From Tubiluchus corallicola (Eukaryota; Animalia; Priapulida): a stretch of 57,188 nt of DNA. Below, one piece after another: positions 48,817 through 57,188 of this stretch. The notes beneath the pieces are model-generated. The model did not search any database, was not told the DNA's origin, and worked only from the letters and a program-made list of their open reading frames with translations. The first letter of the stretch is position 1, and the number at the start of each line of letters is the position of its first letter. Made by a program: the position numbers and the translations under genes. Where the stretch lies: NCBI GenBank assembly GCA_030141605.1, contig JAQGDQ010001179.1, forward strand, positions 1-57,188. The letters run 5' to 3'.

Positions 48817-51800
48817 ATTCCACTTATCTTGTACCGGGCTTACATAGCAGAGCTCTGATTCAACAGCGTGACGCTCAACATCGCACAAGGAAGATGATTG
48901 GTTATTCAGCAGTCACGTGATCACGTAGCATGTGTTATACAGTAGCTGGTTGTGTTTATTGCTGGAGCTACTGAATTTTTAATGTCATATTTTCAGTATA
49001 TTGGTGTTTTTGCTGCCTGTTCTTAGCTTTAATACCACCACAAATGAGCCTGTTTGTTGTTTGCTTGTTTGTTTGTTTATTAGCAGGACAAGGGAAAGAT
49101 AATCATGCTAAGTGAATTTCCATGAATTAAACAGTTAAAGGGGCGGATCTTTGGTAAAGAAATTTTGTTGTGGCGGATCTGTATCAGTTATTCTATTTGA
49201 AAAACATGTATGTTGGTAAAAAACTCACGTCTGTGTAGGTAATCTGGTAAACTGTGCATATAATTACAATAGCTTACATGATTACATTAATTTGCACTAT
49301 TGTTTCGGGTAGACTTTATTGTTGTAAAATTGTTTTCCATCATGCAGACGAATCAGTGTTCTGCATGATTATATGTTGTACCAGGTGGTGCAAAAAATGC
49401 TAAGCAGAAGTTAAATGTCAATAGTACTTGAGAAATGTCAGTCCATAGCCTGTGTTTACGTAATATGTAACACACCACATACAGTTTCTGCATACCAGGT
49501 TATAAATTTTGTTAATGTTTATGAAACGTGATAAAACAGCTAAGAATTTAACCTAGTTTATATAACTTGGTAACACACCACATACAGTTTATGCATAGCA
49601 GAAGATAAGTGATATCAGCATTTTCATATGCATACATACACAGCTGACAATTAGCTTGTGCTATGACTGCACAGGCTCCAGTTACTGATGTCTCTTTAGA
49701 TATTCAAAGTTAATGTGCGCATGCGCAAAACGACGAGGTTTTCTAATCTTCAATTTTGACAAAGATAAACAACTCATTCAAGGAGTGCTTGTTCAGATGT
49801 GGCATTTAATCAAAACGAATGATGCATGAGCCACGTTTAATCATGGGAAAGGCAAAAACGCAATCTTGACCTAATCACACCCTGACACAAACGTGTTATC
49901 CTAAATTGCTATGAATAAAGAGCACAATCTTGAGCATAATCACACCCAAAATGTTAAAACCTAGAACACAAATCTTGCCCACAATCTCGCCCAAAGCCCA
50001 GTGTACAATCTTGACCATAAAAACGCCTCAAGGGTTATAAACAAAGAATACAGTCTTGATCGCAATCACACTCAATGGCATTACTGATACCATTCTTCAA
50101 CTACAGATGACAGTGTTGAAAATAAAGATGGAAAAGGTTTTTTATAACTATAATACAGATTTTTTTTCCAAAATGTGCTGTTTTCAAAAAGAAACAAAAG
50201 TCAAAATGCAGTAAGTCCTCGCTTAACGACTCCCTGTTTAGTTTTAACGACGCTGAACATTTGATACCTTTTTCTCACTTAATGATGCATGTTTCATTAT
50301 AATGACGAATTTTTTTACTTTGCTCACAACCATTTTTTATTTCATCAACAACTTTTTTACCTAATTTGAGGCCTTAAAATGGCATAAATTGTGCTATTCT
50401 GTTCTAAAAACACATTAGTAACCTAAACGGTGCAGATATCGTAATGCCTTTGCTTCCCGACTAAGTAGTAAATTCTAGCCGCTTATATCAAGCGAGATCT
50501 GTCTCAGTTCTTTTACATTACTTCCTACGGAAACCTTGGATTCGTTTAACGATGTTATGTTAGTTTGTGATGTCATCGCTCGTCCACCGCTAATTAAGTT
50601 TTTAATGTATTATTTAATTATCAGAAACGCTTCTGCAGCACTAATTGTGTTAAAATGTATACTTTTTATCGTACTTGAAAATGGCGTTGTTTGCTAGCAG
50701 TGTCACATTCACTACAATAAATTCTTTGTGTAACTAAAAGGATTTCTTGTCCTTTAACAAATCTTATTACGAGTTCAGAAAATCTTGAAAGTTCTTTTCC
50801 TAATTAATTACGGGAAGTAATCAAAATTTGACAGCTTGCAAGAAATTTCAGACATGTTTATTAAAGATACGTGATCACGTGACACTGTTAATCATCCTTA
50901 GAAGCAGCAGATACTGATAATTGATGCTAAACTGCAGGATGAGAGCTTTAATGATTATGCAGCGTTTAAATGATGTCAGATTAGGAGATATCTCTAATAG
51001 GAAGAGGGGGATGGGAAGGTGAGGAATGAATAAATGACAAAAAGAACGACAGAAGAAATTAATGTCTGAATAAAGAAAATGTATGCAAGGATGAATAAAT
51101 GAATGAATGAATAAATAGGTGGACGAATTGCAAATGAACGAATGAAAAAGAGAATAAACAAATGAATTAGTGACAAACAAACACAAACGAACGAACCAAA
51201 ACAAATTTAAGAAAAATGATTTCAATTTTCCTGAGCACAGCAACTGAAAGGCATATGGCAGCCAAGCGCATGATCTAGACGCTGTGCAACCAAGTTGCCA
51301 TTATTACCTGAGCAGTTTCTTAGAACACGTAGAAAGAATTACGAAGAATAGAACACCCGCTGCGATTTTCATTAAAATGAAATTATGAGCTATTAACCTA
51401 CCTACTACGTTACGTTTATCCCAGAGATTAATAAAACTGGCATTACTAGGAATTTTACAAGGAATTATCCTAGGGTTGCCAGATTAGAAAATTAGAAATA
51501 CAGGTTCACGACAACAATGGCAACACGCTTATGGCAATATTGACAACTATGGCAACACGTTTACGACAATATTGGCATCTATGGCAGCACGCTTATGGCA
51601 ATATTGACAACAATGGCAACACGCTTATGGCAATATTGACAACAATTGCAACACGCTTATGACAATATTGACAACAATGGCAACATGTTTATGACAATAT
51701 TGACAACAATGGTAACACATTTATAACAATATTGACAACAATGGCAACACGCTTATGAGACAGTATTGACAACAATGGAAACATGCTTAGGACAAAATTG

Positions 51801-54800
51801 GCAACAATGACAACACGCTTATGGCAATATTGATAACAATGGCAACACGCTTATGACAATATTGACATCAATGGAACACGCCTATTGCAATATTGACAAC
51901 AATGGCAACACGCTTATGAGACGGTGCACACAACAACAATGGCAAACGTCTTATGACAATATGTATGACAACCAAGGTGACATGCTTATGACAAGGTGCA
52001 CGACAGCAATAATAACAAGGCATACAATGGCAATTAACGTGTTTCTAACAATGTGTAAATAAACACTGCTGATGTCATCAAAGCCAATTACAATACATAT
52101 GATAACATTCTCAGTATGAACATGGATTATTCACATTTATATATATATATATAGTTCGACTCCTGGGGCACTCTATATTTTCCCTTTATTACAGTAAGCA
52201 GACTAAGTAGACTCCCTTATCCGATGAAAACGAGTCAATTTTCTTCTGCAGCTTTGCACTTGGGAAATAACCTTAAAGAAATCTTATTAAGAGACAGAAA
52301 AAGGAATTAAGAAATATGGAATTGTGGCAAATAACGAAGATCAGAGAGGAAGGCTCATTGTATCCGTTTAGCTGTAGAAAGAAAAAATACTAACAGAATA
52401 TATTTCAACATCTAATACTTTACTTTCTGGAAGAGACATGTCATCCAGTATCCTGAATGAAAGAGGAGCCATACTGCCAAAAACTGGCACATGCGGTGAA
52501 GAAATTCTTGCAGTATAATCACCTCAACTGAAAGAGATGACATGTCAACCAATGTCCTAAATCAAAGATGAGCCATACTGCCAAAAATTGGGACATGCGG
52601 TGAAGAAATTCTTGCAGTATAATCACCTCAACTGAAAGAGATGACATGTCAACCAATGTCATAAATCAAAGAAGAGCCATATTGCCAAAAACTGGCCGAT
52701 TATTTGTGTAGTCGTCCATTCCTTCATTCATTCCTCCCATCATTCATTCCTGCATTTATTCGTTCACGCATTCATTCGTTCATTCTTTCATGCATTTATT
52801 CGTTCATTCATTCATTCATTCATCATTCATTTATTTATTCGTTCACACATTCATTCGTTCATTCATTCTTTCATGAATTTATTCGTTCATTCATTCATAC
52901 ATTCTTTTATTCATTCAAACATGTATCAATTCGTTTAGTCTTTCATCCGTTCATTTATTCGTTCATGCATTCATTCGTTCATTTTTTCATTTATTCGTTC
53001 ATTCATTCATTCTTTCATTTAAATATAACTGTTACTATTCAAATACTTGAACTTGTAGAGAAATTTCTATTTCTTACTAAGCACTTCTTACGATTGTATT
53101 AGTTTATAATGTTTACATAGTAATATTAACGTCATTCTCAACATTATGCTATGTATGTGCTGCTAGTAGTCATACTGTAATGTTTCTACGGTTCATTTAT
53201 TGTCTACACTCTAGTAACAGTGTCACGTTTCATTACTGAGAACGTTCATCAGTTGTTAAAAACCGTCTCTTCAAGCCTTATTGCAATATTTCTTATTGAG
53301 TAAAAATATATTTAATTTAAGTAACTTGGAATTGACATTCCTAACATTAGATTTGCTAATATTGCTGTTTTTAGAGTTCACGCTTATAAAACTGTTCGCC
53401 ATTGAACTTGGCGCAAAATTTAATCGCCATCTAGTGACGCAAAACACAAGTTGTGAAGCAGCAAATAAGCAAAAATAAAACAATAAATTAAAAGGACGTT
53501 TAATTATTGACACTATATTGCGTCTACACGCATGCATGCCTTACAGGTGCTGCCGCCTGGCGTGCAAAAACGCAAGCTATGAAACCTACAATGCAATCGC
53601 TGGACAAACCAGCAATAATAAAGTATAGTTACGCCACATCTCTGCAATTTATATGCCGTGCTGCCACCTAGCGAACTAAAACGTAAACACATTGAAGTCC
53701 TCTACACAACAACTCAGCAAGATCAACAAGAATAACATTTAATAGAAATGCTATTATGCCAAGTCAACATAATTTACACCTAAATCTTTGCTTATAATGT
53801 GCCTTGCAATCTAGTGCTGCCATCTAGCGTCCTGAAAAAAGCTATGAAAGTTTTTATGCAACAACTGAGCAAAATTGCAAACAAGAATATCAAGCATGAT
53901 GATATTCTTAAATTTTTATTTACAACCCCACCTTTGCTAGTGCATATTACAATCAAGTGCTGCCATCTAGCGTCTGGAAACAAAACCTCTGAACCCTATT
54001 ATGCAACAGCAAGGCAAAACTGCGAAAGGCAATAATGTTAAACAAAGATGATATTCTTAAATTTTATTTACAACCCCCACCGTTGCTTATCCACATTACA
54101 ACTAAGTGCTGCCATCTATCGTCTGGAAACAAAACCTCTGAACCCAATTATGCAACAGCTGAGCAAAACTGCAAAAGATAATAATGTTAAGCAAATATGA
54201 TATTCTTAAATCTTACATTCAAAATTCTTTGGATTATATCTTATCTAAAGATTGTCTTTTTTCAAGAGACTACTTCATTCTTGTGCACCAAACAAGTTGC
54301 CCTTTTGTAAATGAAACATCTGAAATGGTGCATTGTCGTTAAGTGCAAAGACACAGCAACCTGTGAAAATAACAGCAAACCAACAACGAATACGCAACCG
54401 TTAGTTAAATGTACGGCACATTCACAAAACACACGCAGATAAGATACGCGATATAAGTACGTGCAATTCTGCCACGTCATTTCCACAGTAGACAACGCGT
54501 ACCTGCAAAAGTCAGTACTGCGAAATTTCAACCAAATCGTCCGTCGCACCTGTCAGAAAAAAATCCGGAAAAGCTTTTAATTATGCGGCAACACACTGTG
54601 ACGTCTTGCCCATTTGTAATTATTGATTTGTTGCATCAAGAAAAGAAATTAAATTGTCTATTTGTGTTCTAGCTGCCAATAATTCACTGTAACTACAAAC
54701 TGGTGTCTATAAACTACGACTGAGCTGAACATTCAGCCAAGGAATATTGTTCTATTCACATCTATAGTTGCATCGTTCTATTACACATTGTTCTATTATG

Positions 54801-56444
54801 CCTGTTGTTCATTTAAACATCTATAGATTCTTCAGCAGTCTAGCATTTAGCATTGTAATTTAATGAACATGTGTATGAAGACCTCTCTTCACCCACATAT
54901 AATCAACATTATTTCCTCATGATACGAAAAATTTTGAATGTATTATTGTAGCATTAATTTTGCTAATGAATCACTTTTATTCTTATAAATTGTCCCTCCC
55001 CCTCCTCCCCATAACCCATTGCTATGATGGCAACATTACTATCATCAATTATATTTAAATGTTCAATACAATTATATTTACATATTATGTTTTCCTTTCT
55101 CAACATATTGCTCTTACACCATTGCTATTATTACATCATTTACTTCATCCTTATTTACATTATCAAGTTATCTATAGAAGCAGGCATAATTATAATCATT
55201 TTTTCCTTTAAGTAAGGTGAATCTGTTAATGACCGTATGGTTGCACACTCACCTTGCACTACTCAAATTATTTTATTTAAAATTTATTCATGTGTTTGAT
55301 ATTGTATTTTTTGATAAATAAATTCATAGTTCATAGTTCAAGAGACATTATACTTTTATTATATCATTATAATTAAGTCGTGTAAACTGAAGATACGGGG
55401 GGGTGAACTAGTTACAAAATGCGAAATATCTTAGAGTTTCTTTTACAACGTGCATTAGTACGCCATTAAAAATCACAATACATTAGCGGCGTTTTATTTT
55501 TTCATCATACTGGAGATTTATACAAGCCGTCTGCCATTCCAACTTTTGCGACTAATGAGGCAGGTTAGTTGCTAAGCAGCACAGGACAACAGCTTGAAAG
55601 TCAAGCATGAGTAAACGAATTACAAAGAAAATGGGAATCAACTGCTTCCCTGATGAGTTTAAAACTCGATGTGCTGGTATAAATGGCCCTGAATAAAGTT
55701 TAATTAAGCAGGAAAATGCACCTCTAACGTCTTGCCCATTTGTAATTATTGATTTGTCGCATCAAGAGAAGAAATTAAATTGTCTATTTCTATTCTAGCT
55801 GTCAGCAATTCACTGTAACTACAAACTGGTGTCTATAATCTATGACTGAGCTGAACATTCGGCCAAGGAAAGATCTCCAGCAACATAAAATGAGTTTTGT
55901 CAACAAAAAAATTTGACAGAGTTATTAATTATCACTTAACGAAAAAAGCCTTTTCGCAGATTCGTTGTGCGCAAGCGCAGTTGCTGTAGGTCAAAGGTTA
56001 GGTGTACCGCAGCAACGCGTCTGAGCTACAACCGTCACGTGACGTGTGAGTAAAACAAAGCTGTGTCCACATCAGTTCAGTAATTTCAGTTGTTTTACGT
56101 GCACTTTACTTAATTCTGTGCATCGAGTGATGTGTGTAGAGTGATTTACTTGGGAGCAGGAAAAAATGAACTAGGTAAGGTTCTAGCTAGCTGTTAAAAC
56201 TGTTACTATTACAATGACATGGGCTGTGAGTCATTGTCAAGTGCACACAAATGAGTTGTCTAGTACACTTAACCTTTGACCTTTTTACAATCACTGTCAA
56301 TCGCTGGAACTGCGAAAAGGCTTATTCATCAAGCTGCTTAGGAGTATCAGCAGCTTGAAGAGACATGCATCTGTCATCCAAACACTAGAGTCACAAGAAG
56401 AAGAAGAAAAATAATAATAAGAAGATGATGATGATCTCACTCAC

Positions 56445-56598
56445 CCGTGGCTTGCTGCAAATTCCCGGATGCGCTCACCTCCACATTCAGCGCATTTATC
56501 TTTTCCTTCAGTTGCTGATTTGCTCTCTCCTTCTGGTTCACCTTCTCCTGTAGCTTCTCAATCTGATGTTTCTTGTGGTTAATCTTCTTAAGGTGGTG
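56445..56598 (-). CDS. CFAP43: Mirror copy of CFAP43 exon 29547-29700 (second copy or second haplotype)
   Basis: Reverse complement of 29547-29700, identical as far as I can read, with splice sites intact. Confidence 0.85.
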
Positions 56599-57188
56599 CT
56601 GAAATGAAGAAATACTTCAAAAACGTCTTCTGTGAAGCTCGTTTAAAAAAACAGATTTAAATTTGAGAAATACACATTGTTCTATTACGCCTCTTGTTCT
56701 ATTCACATCTATAGTTGTATTGTTCTATTACACATTGTTCTATTATGCCTTGTTCTATTACACATTGTTCTATTACACCTCTTGTTCTATTCACACCCAT
56801 AGTTGTATTGTTCTATTACACATCGTTCTATTATGCCTCTTGTCCTATTCACATCTATAGTTGTATTGTTCTATTACACATTGTTCTATTATGCATTGTT
56901 CTATTACACATCATTCTATTACACCTCTTGTTCTATTCACACCCATAGTTGTATTGTTCTATTACACATCATTCTATTACGCCTCTTGTTCTATTACACA
57001 TCGTTCTATTACACCTCTTGTTCTATTCACATCTATAGTTGTATTGTTCTATTACACATCGTTCTATTATGCCTCTTGTTCTATTACACATCGTTCTATT
57101 ATGCCTCTTGTTCTATTACACATCATTCTATTACGCCTCTTGTTCTATTACACATCGTTCTATTATTCCTCTTGTTCTATTACACATC

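Larger units (their letters stand above)
46851..57188. repeat. Right arm of large inverted duplication, running off the window end
   Basis: 57188 maps to 28957 and 46851 maps to 39316. Confidence 0.97.

Overview
AT-rich, intron- and repeat-rich animal genomic DNA. The 5S rRNA sequence looks lophotrochozoan (annelid/mollusc-like), which is an inference. Bases ~2.3-29.7 kb carry the 3' part of a CFAP43 (WDR96) cilia/flagella gene on +: 16 confident GT-AG exons plus one probable upstream exon, all splicing in frame. I could not find the conserved terminal exon. The introns hold private minisatellites (two of which amplify the splice donor itself), a pogo-type deletion derivative, a TA-targeting MITE family and a CR1/L2 remnant. 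The right half of the window is a large inverted duplication: arm 28957-~39316 is mirrored by 46851-57188 and runs off the window end. Its centre is a 5S rDNA array with 13 full genes, one 5'-truncated gene and mosaic 407/622/953/1130-bp units, and the strand flips at a three-junction template-switch knot (46246-46851). The arms are not identical. They differ by SNP clusters, a 550-bp 5S-unit indel and a 573-bp retroposon insertion. Each arm carries a cluster of CTCF-like motifs, convergent across the array. The structure is either a real 5S-centred palindromic duplication or a haplotype-switch misassembly; the sequence alone cannot decide which.
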